DNA from: an uncultured Acidobacteriota bacterium
GTDB taxonomy: Bacteria; Acidobacteriota; Terriglobia; UBA7540
Assembly: GCA_963804995.1 (NCBI GenBank)
Contig: CAWDSK010000007.1
Coordinates: forward strand, 1-45,223
DNA length: 45,223 nt
Direction of reading: 5' to 3'
The stretch's first letter is position 1; each line of letters begins with the position of its first letter. The notes under the pieces were generated by a model. The model worked only from the letters and a program-made list of their open reading frames with translations. It made no database searches and was not told the origin of the DNA. The translations under genes were made by a program, and so were the position numbers. Shown one piece after another: positions 29,997 to 39,530 of the stretch.

Positions 29997-31640
29997 ATGT
30001 TGAAACGACTCTGGATTCTGGTTCTGGCGTTACCCCTGCTGGCGCACGCGGCGCCGCCGGCAAAGTTGCCCCTGCGCGGCTGGCTGGTGGATGCCGCGCG
30101 GATGCCCGAGACCATGGACTACTATCGGCGGCTGGTTCGCTTCTGCGGGGACTGGGGGATAAACGTCGTGTTGTTCCGGGTTACGGACGACCAAGGCAGT
30201 AACATCCGCTTCAGCAGCCATCCTGAGCTGATCTACCACAAGCACGCGTTCACGCCCGACGAGGTCCGTGGTCTGGTTGCGTACGCCAGGGAGTACGGCG
30301 TCGAGATCATCCCCGAAGTGGAATCCTTCGGCCACACCGAGTACATCACACGCGCGCCGGAGCACGCGAAGTTGCTGGACCGCGATCCCTCCCGCAGCGA
30401 CAATGGACTGATTCCCACGCATTCGGAAGGACTGCGAATCATCGCGGATCTTTACGGCGAACTGGCCACCATTTTCCCCTCCAGGTACCTGCACGGTGGC
30501 GGCGACGAGCTAAACTTTGGACATTCGGAGTATTCAAAGCAGTTGCTCAAGACCCGGACGTGGGAGCAGGTCTTCGCCGAACATATGAACCTGCTGAACA
30601 AACTGGCCAAGGGGCAGGGCAAGGAACTGATCATATGGGCGGATCACGTGCTATACAGGCAGCCCGGCATCCTGCCGTATCTCGACAAGGACATCATACT
30701 GTGCGAATGGAACTACGAGGACGCTGACACTGAGGCGGTCGAGAAGCGGGCGCGTAAGGTGATTGAAAGTGGTCACCCCATCATTGGCAGTCCGGCTTTG
30801 GGTTTCAGTGGGTTTGGCCCACGCGTGGACTCGGAGCAGTTACGGAACATCGGTGCCTACGTGGATGCTTACCGGCGCATCGACGACGCGCGTGTCCTCG
30901 GGGTCATCGTTACCAACTGGGTCCCGACCCGGTACTTGCAGAACTCCATCTGGGACGGCATCGCTTACGCGGGTGTGGCGCTCAACGAAGGCAGCGCAAC
31001 AGCGCTGGACACAGCTTTCCGGCGCTTCGCCGAAAGGCATTACGGCGCCGCCTGGGACGACACCTGGGCCGACGTGTTCCGAAGCGTTTACGACCTGGCG
31101 CCGCATCAGGGTTTCAAGCCGGGCGATCCCGACTTCCCCTGGTGGGACGAGGACGGGCTGACTGCGGCGGTCAAGGACAACAGGAGCCAGATTCCGCCCT
31201 TTACCCGACTACTGGGCGAGATGAGAATGTGCCAGTCTGGGGTGAAGCGGAACTTTGCGGACTTCCAGGCTTTTCAACTCAGTGTCGAGTACCTCGACAA
31301 CGCCTATTGGCGCCACGTGATGCCGGGCCTCGAGGCGCGGGGCAATCTGAGGCGCGAGTCTGCGGCGGACCTGGTCCGCACGATCGCGGAACGGGACCGG
31401 CAGCTCGTGGACGCGCTCAACGCAGAGTGGAACCGCGGGCGTTTCCCCGATGATCCACATCTCAGCGGTTACATGCTCGCTTTGAGTGACCCGCAGGACC
31501 CGCAAATATGGGGAGAATCTGGCTGGCAGTGGCAATTGCTTTTCAACATGCGAAAGGCCGCCAAGTTTTCCTCCCAACTAGCCGTGGATCCGGAGCGGTT
31601 CTACCAAATCCTCCTGCGTGCCGGGAGGTCCATCCCATGA
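29997..31640 (+). CDS. Glycoside hydrolase family 20-like (beta-N-acetylhexosaminidase-like), exported
   Basis: LRGWLVD, IIPEVESFGH, catalytic HGGGDE, IIWAD; signal peptide; AAGGAGG ribosome-binding site. Confidence 0.85.
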   Translation: MLKRLWILVLALPLLAHAAPPAKLPLRGWLVDAARMPETMDYYRRLVRFCGDWGINVVLFRVTDDQGSNIRFSSHPELIYHKHAFTPDEVRGLVAYAREYGVEIIPEVESFGHTEYITRAPEHAKLLDRDPSRSDNGLIPTHSEGLRIIADLYGELATIFPSRYLHGGGDELNFGHSEYSKQLLKTRTWEQVFAEHMNLLNKLAKGQGKELIIWADHVLYRQPGILPYLDKDIILCEWNYEDADTEAVEKRARKVIESGHPIIGSPALGFSGFGPRVDSEQLRNIGAYVDAYRRIDDARVLGVIVTNWVPTRYLQNSIWDGIAYAGVALNEGSATALDTAFRRFAERHYGAAWDDTWADVFRSVYDLAPHQGFKPGDPDFPWWDEDGLTAAVKDNRSQIPPFTRLLGEMRMCQSGVKRNFADFQAFQLSVEYLDNAYWRHVMPGLEARGNLRRESAADLVRTIAERDRQLVDALNAEWNRGRFPDDPHLSGYMLALSDPQDPQIWGESGWQWQLLFNMRKAAKFSSQLAVDPERFYQILLRAGRSIP

Positions 31641-31721
31641 TTGACCGCAGGGGCTTTCTGCGCGTCCAGGCGCGCAGGCCATTACCCCGAGATCCCAGAA
31701 ACTAGCTTGCCTTTGGGAGCA

Positions 31722-31849
31722 AAATTTCGGAGTGCGGGAGCTTGGTCCCGCTTTTGCTACCGCTGACTCGTCAGCGGTCGGTGTAGCGCCGCATCGAGTT
31801 GCGGCGCGGGAAAGCGGCGACGAGTCGCCGCACTCCGAAACTAGGGCCT
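31722..31849. repeat. Third, inverted copy of the GGAGTGCG REP doublet seen at 5604..5875
   Basis: Reverse complement of about 5620..5747 with a few substitutions. Confidence 0.9.
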
Positions 31850-32071
31850 ACCCCCACCGAAGAGGTACGTGGGAGCCGTTAACGACTTCGGCTTCGGCCC
31901 TTCAAGGGAGTAAGATGAGCGAGTGCCCGGGCAGAAAGGTTCTAGCGGTCTCAATCATCTGTGTTACATCACCCGCAAGCTGGTTGGGAAACGCGGCGAT
32001 TGCTCGCGGTCCAGTTGCGGATTCTATTTTCTGAACGATGATTCCATGCTCTCGGTACTGGTGCAGTTTGA

Positions 32072-32142
32072 TGTAGAGGCGGCGGCATTAATCCCGATCT
32101 GATCGGGACGCCGCCATACGGCGAGGTAAACTCGCCGCTACA
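32072..32142. repeat. GTAG-type REP doublet with a nested hairpin
   Basis: tgtagaggcggcg ... cgccgcc ... cggcgag-gtaaa-ctcgccgctaca; internal tcccgatc-t-gatcggga. Confidence 0.65.
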
Positions 32143-32249
32143 AGATCAGACTGCACCACTACCATGCTCTCGATGGACCGAATATTGAGATTGCATACAT
32201 GCCGAAAGGCAGCACGTATGTGCCACCCGCGAAAGGGGAGGGAAACCAA

Positions 32250-33641
32250 TTGCGACTCACTACACGATGCATGTTCATAATCCTTTGGGCTCTTACTCCT
32301 GCTTGGGCAGGATCTTTGCGCATGGGCCGGGCATCTGTCGACATCACGCCGCCGCGCGGAATGCCGATGGGAGGTTACTACCGCGTCCGCCTGAACACGG
32401 GGACCCACGACCCACTCTACGCCAAGGCGATTGTTCTGGAAGAAGATGGCGTGGAGGCGGGATTAGTGGTGTGCGATCTTGAGAGCATTCCGGGCAGCTT
32501 CGTTGAGGCTGCGCGCCGCATCATTGGGGAGAAAACGCATGTGCCTCCTAACCACGTGATGATCAGTGCCACGCACACCCATACGGGACCCGAGATGCTT
32601 CACTTTTTCCTGGATCGGATCGAGGGGGAACCTGCGCAGATTGCAAGAGATTACCGCGCGGCGCTGCCCGGGAAAATAGCTGAGGCGGTTCGCCAGGCGG
32701 AGGCGGACCTGACGCCCTCGCAGGCTTGGGCGGGCATTGGACGTGAGAGCTCACTTTGCTTCAATCGCCGCTTCCTGATGAAGGATGGCACCATCGGATG
32801 GAATCCCGGCAAGTTGAACCCCAACATTGTGCGGCCCGCCGGGCCTGTTGATCCTGACGTTTCGGTTGTTTACTTCAAGGCTCCGACCTCCACACCGCTG
32901 GCAACTTTTGTGAATTACCCCATGCACCTGGACACAACAGGCGGCACAGATTTCTCCGCTGATTACCCTTATACGCTTGGCAAGCTACTGGGCGAAGCGA
33001 AGGGCCCCAGCATGCTGACTGTCTTCGCCATTGGGACGGCGGGAAACATCAACCACATCGATGTCAAGAGTTCCGAGCCCCAAAGCAGCCTCCAGGAGGC
33101 CGCCCGGATCGGCACAATCCTGGCAAGCGACGTATTGAAAACTTATCCCCGTCTTACACCGGTCGATGGAGCCTTGCGCGTTCGCCGCGAAATTATCAAG
33201 TTACCTGTGCAGGGATTACAGCCGGGGGGATTGGAAAAGTCGCGGGAGATCTCGACTCGCCTCATCAAAGAAGGTCCGGAACACTTCGAGTTTCTTGACT
33301 TGGTGCAGGCTTTTAAAGTCCTTTGGGTGGATGAGTACCAGGGTAAGCCCATCGACGCGGAAGTACAGGTCATTGCCTTGGGCAACGACGTCGCCTGGGT
33401 CGGATTGCCGGGTGAGGTATTTGTCGAATTGGGGATGGCCATCAAGCAGGCTTCTCCCTTCCGGTACACGATTGTGAACGAGCTGTCGGGTGATGCCATC
33501 GACTATGTGCCCGACCGAAAGGCGTTCGCGGAAGGAGCCTATGAAGTCGTTAACTCGCTTTGCGCTCCCGGGGGCGGGGAAGATTTGGTGAACGCCGCCA
33601 CCCGGCTGTTGATCGACGCCTACAAGGCTTCCGTTAAATGA
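32250..33641 (+). CDS. Neutral/alkaline ceramidase-like metallo-amidohydrolase, exported
   Basis: DITPP, HDPLYAKA, SATHTHTGP, FNRR, NYPMH, SADYP, LPGEVFVE; TTG start after GGGGAGG. Confidence 0.8.
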   Translation: MRLTTRCMFIILWALTPAWAGSLRMGRASVDITPPRGMPMGGYYRVRLNTGTHDPLYAKAIVLEEDGVEAGLVVCDLESIPGSFVEAARRIIGEKTHVPPNHVMISATHTHTGPEMLHFFLDRIEGEPAQIARDYRAALPGKIAEAVRQAEADLTPSQAWAGIGRESSLCFNRRFLMKDGTIGWNPGKLNPNIVRPAGPVDPDVSVVYFKAPTSTPLATFVNYPMHLDTTGGTDFSADYPYTLGKLLGEAKGPSMLTVFAIGTAGNINHIDVKSSEPQSSLQEAARIGTILASDVLKTYPRLTPVDGALRVRREIIKLPVQGLQPGGLEKSREISTRLIKEGPEHFEFLDLVQAFKVLWVDEYQGKPIDAEVQVIALGNDVAWVGLPGEVFVELGMAIKQASPFRYTIVNELSGDAIDYVPDRKAFAEGAYEVVNSLCAPGGGEDLVNAATRLLIDAYKASVK

Positions 33642-34085
33642 TACCTGCGACAACTAAGCCCTGCCGCTGAAAGAGGGAATCTGTCATGCTGAGGGACCTC
33701 GGCTTTCGAGGCTTACGGCCTCGAGGCAGAGGAATATGGGTTTATCGGTCGCGTGCACGAGGAGCGGCTTTGCCACCCCCGCACGGTAGCACAGGTACTC
33801 CTGCCTGTGAAGGCGGCTTGAGGTTCGAGCTGAACGACAGAGGGGTAGCCACGGTCAGCGCCTTTCTGACCGTGGGTTCTTCTGGCGGTGCTCGATCTAC
33901 AACAATTTTGCGTTGGCGAGGGCGACGGTAACGGCGTACCCCATTCAGATTGATGATGTGCGGTTGCTGCTGGGATATCGGGCATGAGAAAAGCCCACGG
34001 TCAGAACGGCACTGACCGTGGTTACCCGCTGTGCCACAGGCATCGTGAATCCGAAATCCCCAGACTCTGGTTTCCCCCTCGCCCC

Positions 34086-34113
34086 TCCAAAATCTAAAAT
34101 CCAAAATCGAATC
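34086..34113. repeat. Heptamer tandem repeat (TCCAAAA-like), about 4 copies
   Basis: tccaaaa tctaaaa tccaaaa tcgaatc. Confidence 0.7.
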
Positions 34114-34118
34114 TCCTC

Positions 34119-34127
34119 TGTTACAAT
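34119..34127 (+). promoter_or_regulatory. Candidate extended -10 promoter of dnaE
   Basis: TG-t-TACAAT ending 8 nt before the ATG. Confidence 0.45.
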
Positions 34128-34135
34128 TATTCCGA

Positions 34136-37100
34136 ATGTCTTCCGAAAATTTTGTTCATCTGCACCTTCATACCGACTACAGTCTGCTCGACGGCGCTTG
34201 CGAAATCGGCAAGCTCATGGACCGTGCGGCGGAACTGAAGATGCCGGCCGTCGCCATCACGGACCACGGCAATCTATTTGGGGCCATAAAGTTTTACCAG
34301 CAGGCGCAGAAGCGCAACATCAAGCCCATTATCGGCTGCGAAGTTTACGTCGCTCCCGCCAGCCGGTTCGATCGCGCCGCCGACACCGACCGTCCCAACC
34401 ACCTGGTGCTGCTGTGTGAAAACGAGCGGGGCTACCGCAACCTGGTAAAGCTCGCTTCCCTGGCCTATATCGAGGGCTATTACTACAAGCCGCGGATTGA
34501 CAAGGACCTGCTGGCCCGCCATGCGGATGGCCTGATCGCGCTCTCTGCCTGCCTGCGGGGTGAGGTCGCGGTGGCGCTGATGTCCGACCGCTACGAGGCG
34601 GCGCGCCAGTCCGCCTACGACCTGCGCGACATTTTCGGGAAGGGAAACTTCTTCCTGGAGCTTCAGGACCAGGGCCTGGAGGAAGACAAGCGCGTTAATC
34701 CGCAAATGGTGCGGCTCTCCGGTGAGACGGGCATTCCGCTGGTAGCCACCAACGATACCCACTATCTCAATCAGGCGGACGCGCGCGCTCAGGAAGTGCT
34801 GGTGTGCATTCAAACCGGCAAGACCATGAGCGACACGAGCCGCATGAAGTTCCGCACCAATGAGTTCTATTTCAAGACCTGTGAGGAGATGGCGGCTATT
34901 TTTGGCCGTGAGGTGCCGGAGGCGTTGGCCCACACGCTCGATATCGCTGAGCGCTGCAATCTGCACCTGGAAGCGAAAGAACACGTTTTCCCCCACTTTG
35001 AAGTTCCTGCCGGGGAGACGCTCGACAGCTATTTTGAAAAGGTCACACGCGAAGGCTATGGCCGCCGGCGGGAGCGCCTGGAACGCCTGAAGGCCGCGGG
35101 CCGATTAAAGTATCCGCTGGAAGCTTACGAGGAGCGCCTGCACCGCGAGATTGAGCTCATCAAGCAGATGCGCTTTGCGGGTTACTTCCTGATTGTTTGG
35201 GACTTTATCCGCCATGCGCGTGAGCATTGCATTCCCGTGGGCCCGGGCCGCGGATCGGCAGCGGGCAGTCTGGTGGCCTACTCGCTGCACATCACGGATA
35301 TCGACCCCCTGCAAAACGAATTGCTCTTTGAGCGCTTTCTCAATCCGGAGCGCGTTTCCTTCCCGGATATCGATATCGATTTTTGCATGCGGGGCCGGGG
35401 CGATGTAATCGACTACGTCACGCGCAAGTACGGGCGCGACAACGTCAGCCAGATTATCACCTTCGGGACCATGGGGGCCAAGGCCGTCATCCGCGACGCC
35501 GGCCGCGCCCTGGACATGCCTTACGCGGAAGCCGATAAGATCGCCAAGCTCATCCCCAACACTCTTAACATATCGCTTGCCGACTCACTGAAGCAGACCC
35601 CGGAACTGGCGCAACTGCAACAAACCGATGAGCGCGTCAAGGATTTGCTCCAGGTGGCGATGCATCTGGAAGGGTTCGTTCGCCACGCCTCCACGCACGC
35701 GGCGGGGGTGGTCATCTCACCCCAGCCGTTGCAGGAAATCGTTCCGCTTTACAAGAGTAACAAGGATGAAATCACCACGCAGTACGCGATGGACGACCTT
35801 GAGAAAATCGGCTTGCTGAAGATGGATTTCCTCGGCCTCACCACGCTTACCGTCATCGACGACTGTGTGAAATTGATTCAAGGGACGCGCGGCGAAAAGC
35901 TCGACCTGGAAAACCTGCCCCTGGACGACGCCGCGTCTTATGAGCTGCTGGGGAAGGGACTGACGTTCCGGCATCTTCCAGTTTGAAAGTGGCGGCATGA
36001 CGGACATCCTGCGCCGCGTTAAACCCAATCGGCTTGCTGACCTTACCGCTCTCAATGCGCTCTACCGCCCTGGACCCATCCAGGGAGGCATGATTGACGA
36101 TTACATCCTGCGCCGTTCCGGCAAGAAGAAGGTTACCTACGACCTGCCGCAGCTCGAAGAAATCCTGGAAGAAACCTACGGCGTGATCGTCTACCAGGAA
36201 CAAGTCATTCAGATCTTCCATAAGATCGGGGGCTTTACCCTGGGTGAGGCCGACGTGGTGCGCCGCGCCATGGGCAAGAAGAAGATTGAAGAGATGGTCG
36301 CGAACAAGGAGAAGTTCCTGGCCGGCGCGCGCCAGAACGGCGTTAGTGCCGCAAAAGCTCAAAAGCTTTGGGACCTGGTCGAACAGTTTGCGGGTTACGG
36401 GTTCAATAAATCTCACTCCGCCGCCTATGCGGTTGTGGCCTATCACACGGCTTACCTGAAAACGCATTACCCGGTGGAGTTCATGTCGGCGCTGCTGTCC
36501 TCGGAAGCGGGCAACCAGGACAAGCTCATCCGTTACGTGAACGAATGCAAAGACATGTCGATCGGAATCCTTCCTCCCGACGTAAACTCGAGCAACGTTG
36601 GGTTCACCCCTGACGGGGACAATATCCGCTTCGGCCTTACGGCCATCAAGAACGTCGGGGAAACCGCCATCAAATCGGTGCTGGACGCTCGAAAACGGCT
36701 GGGGCGCTTTGATAACCTGGTGGAATTCTGCGAAAATGTGGATCTGCGCCTTTTGAATAAGCGCGTTCTGGAGAGCCTGATCAAGGCCGGGGCGTTTGAT
36801 TCCTTCGGGGCGCGGCGCCCGCAATTGCTGGCGGTGCTCGACCGGGTTATGGAGTTGGGCCAGAAACTCCAGCGGGAGTCTGAAACCGGCCAGCACGGCT
36901 TGTTCATAGGCGGGTCGGATACCCCGCCTCCGCCGCCCTTCGAGCTGCCCGATGTGCCGGAGTGGAGCGAAGCTGAGCGCCTGGCGAGCGAAAAGGAAGT
37001 TCTGGGGTTTTACGTGACCGGTCATCCGCTCGAAAAGTTCTCGGCACGCCTGGCGGCGCTTACCCGCCACGACACGTCTTCCGTCGAGGCGATGGCGAAC

Positions 37101-37622
37101 GAGGCTCCTGTGACGCTGGCGGGAATCCTGCGCGGCCTGCGCGTGAAACCGAGCAAGAAAGGCGACCTTTGGGCCAGCGCCCAGCTTGAAGACCTGCGAG
37201 GTTCGGTAGAGTTGCTGGTTTTCCCGCAATCCTACCAACAGCTCCAGGGCGTGCTGAAGCCCGACGCGGTGCTGCTGATTAAAGGCCGGGTGCGGCACGA
37301 GGAGAACCAGAAGCCTCGCGTTGTGGTGAGTGAGGCTCGGCCACTGGAATCGGCGGTGAATGGCGCGAAAGCCCAGTTGCGCATTCGTGTCAACCTGGAT
37401 TCCGCACCGGCTGGCCTCGCGGATGAGATCGCCGGCCTGCTGGCGGCCTACCCAGGCGAAAGCCCGGTGCTTTTCGAGCTGGTTCGCCCTGGCGATTTTG
37501 TGGTGCGCCTCCAGCCGCGCGCAACGCGAGCGGTCAAGACGGATGACGAACTGCTCAACCGGCTACGCAAACTATGCGGCGAAGATGCGGTCCGCCTGGA
37601 GAAGCAGTCACAAGTGATGTAA
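34136..37622 (+). CDS. dnaE: DNA polymerase III alpha subunit (one +1 frameshift at 35966/35967 in this sequence)
   Basis: PHP domain HLHLHTDYSLLDG, GPGRGSAAGS, PDIDIDF, KMDFLG, YGFNKSH. Deleting one T restores GLTSGIFQFES and a 1161-aa ORF. Confidence 0.96.
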
Positions 37623-37677
37623 GGAATGGTCCAGGAGCAAGGATTCAAGATTTAGGTAAGCGCAAAATCGAGGCCTT

Positions 37678-38631
37678 ATGGGGAATTCAGAAGACAATCA
37701 AGCGGTCGCGCAGGAACTGGAGAAGCAAATTGCCGAACTCGAGACCGGTGCGCACTCCGGCGCCTCGCAGGAGGAGGTCGAGCGTTTGCGCCAGCAGGTG
37801 ATCGCGCTTCGGCAGAAAGTATCGGGGCCCCCGCAGGATGCCTGGGAGCGGGTCCTCATGGCCCGCCACCCGCAAAGGCCGTACACCCTTGACTACCTTA
37901 AATTGCTCTGCACGGATTTCATCGAATTACATGGCGACCGCCGCTTTGCCGACAACCCTGCCCTGATCGCGGGTTTCGCACAATTCGAAGATCGCCCGGT
38001 GGTTGTGGTCGGGCATCAGAAGGGCCGTGATACCAAGCAGAAACTGTACCGCAACTTCGGCATGGTGAATCCCGAAGGCTACCGCAAGGCCATGCGGGTA
38101 ATGGCACTCGGCTCCAAGTTTGGCATGCCCATCATCAGCTTCATCGACACGCCTGGCGCTTACCCAGGTATCGGCGCGGAAGAACGGGGCCAGGCGGAGG
38201 CCATTGCCTTTAACTTAAAGGAAATCTGCAAGCTGCTGGTTCCCATTGTGGTGATCGTGCATGGAGAAGGGGGTAGCGGCGGAGCGCTGGCCATCGCCAT
38301 CGGCGACGAAGTGTTGATGCACGAAAACGCCGTTTACTCCGTGATCTCGCCGGAGAGCTGCTCGTCGATCCTCTGGCGCGACTGGGACCACAAGCAGGAA
38401 GCGGCGCGCATGCTGAAACTGACAGCGGAGGACCTCTACGGCATGAAGATCGTGGATGAAGTCGTGCCAGAGCCGGCGGGTGGGGCGCACTCGGACCATT
38501 ACCAAACGGCCGAACTGCTGCGGCCTGTTTTGCGCGCCTGCCTGGACAGGCTTACCAAGCTTTCGACGAGTGATCTCCTGAAACGCCGCCAGGAGAAGCT
38601 CCGTCGCCTCGCTTGCTTCGTCAGCGAGTAG
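37678..38631 (+). CDS. accA: Acetyl-CoA carboxylase carboxyltransferase alpha subunit
   Basis: ARHPQRP, ELHGDR, GHQKGR, PEGYRKA, DTPGAYPG, GEGGSGGALA; follows dnaE. Confidence 0.96.
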   Translation: MGNSEDNQAVAQELEKQIAELETGAHSGASQEEVERLRQQVIALRQKVSGPPQDAWERVLMARHPQRPYTLDYLKLLCTDFIELHGDRRFADNPALIAGFAQFEDRPVVVVGHQKGRDTKQKLYRNFGMVNPEGYRKAMRVMALGSKFGMPIISFIDTPGAYPGIGAEERGQAEAIAFNLKEICKLLVPIVVIVHGEGGSGGALAIAIGDEVLMHENAVYSVISPESCSSILWRDWDHKQEAARMLKLTAEDLYGMKIVDEVVPEPAGGAHSDHYQTAELLRPVLRACLDRLTKLSTSDLLKRRQEKLRRLACFVSE

Positions 38632-38697
38632 GGAAGCTGGCGGGCACGGACAATCGCTGATAATCCCGAACTGGTGGCAGGGAAGTCCGGGTACTCG

Positions 38698-39069
38698 ATG
38701 GGCAATCCACTCTTTCGCGATTACGAGAGGCTGGTCCAGATCACTCTCCTCGGAAAACCCTTCCAGGTGCCGGAGAAAAATACCTGCCTGCGCGCTTTCC
38801 AATACATCTCCCCGGAGACCATTCCCTACGGCCGCTTCTGCTGGAATCAGGAATGCCAGCTTTGCCGGGTGACGTACACCATGGCCGGCCAGCCGGATTC
38901 CCCACCGCGCGCTATCCTGGCGTGCAAGGTCATTGTCGCTGACGGGATGCAAATTACCGAGGTTTCTGACGAGTTGCGCTGTTGCCTGATGGGAGCAATC
39001 CGCCCCCCGCAGCCGCGGCCATCCTATGACAACGAAGGCGGGAGTGGGCCTGAGGACCTTCGTTTTTGA
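38698..39069 (+). CDS. Small 2Fe-2S ferredoxin-like protein
   Basis: FCWNQECQLC...ILAC (C-x4-C-x2-C-xn-C) in a beta-grasp-like context. Confidence 0.7.
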   Translation: MGNPLFRDYERLVQITLLGKPFQVPEKNTCLRAFQYISPETIPYGRFCWNQECQLCRVTYTMAGQPDSPPRAILACKVIVADGMQITEVSDELRCCLMGAIRPPQPRPSYDNEGGSGPEDLRF

Positions 39070-39530
39070 AGAGGGATAAAGCCCGACTAGCCCGCACAAA
39101 CCCGCAAAAGGCCGAACATCGACGCTCGGTAAGGAAATCTGGTAGCCGTCAAAATGCCCGATTTGTGTATTGCCTCCTCATTACTCTAAAAACGCCTCTT
39201 GGAGCCCCTAAATTTCCCCTAACAATTTGAATAATCAGTAGTTACACTTCAATGCCTACTCTCCCCACTTGGGGCATCTAAAATCCCCGTTCAATGGAAG
39301 GGAATTTACTTTGACAGCCCTCAAGTAGCATTATGCCGACCGTCAGGCAGGGCTGGCCCCGCAATCAGGGCCACAGGGGAAATTTATCGCAGGGAATGTC
39401 TGGAGACAGCCGAGAGTGAGGTTCCAGCTCAGAGCGGCCGCGCTGGAGGAGTGTAGTGGCCCCAAGAGTAAGGCGCGCCCGTGTATGCCTGCCGTCCACA
39501 AAAATGCTTGATTGCCAGGTGAGGTGACCT

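Noticed and set aside
33686..34104. Short ORFs upstream of dnaE
   Set aside because: No recognisable domain; the region contains REP-like pieces such as gtagcacagg...cctgtg at 33786..33809.
34136..37622. Naturally split or intein-containing dnaE
   Set aside because: No intein sequence is present; a single-base deletion restores a normal-length continuous protein.
39344..39491. Cobalamin riboswitch (ctggccccgcaa resembles part of its core)
   Set aside because: The other conserved elements are not found in the expected order.
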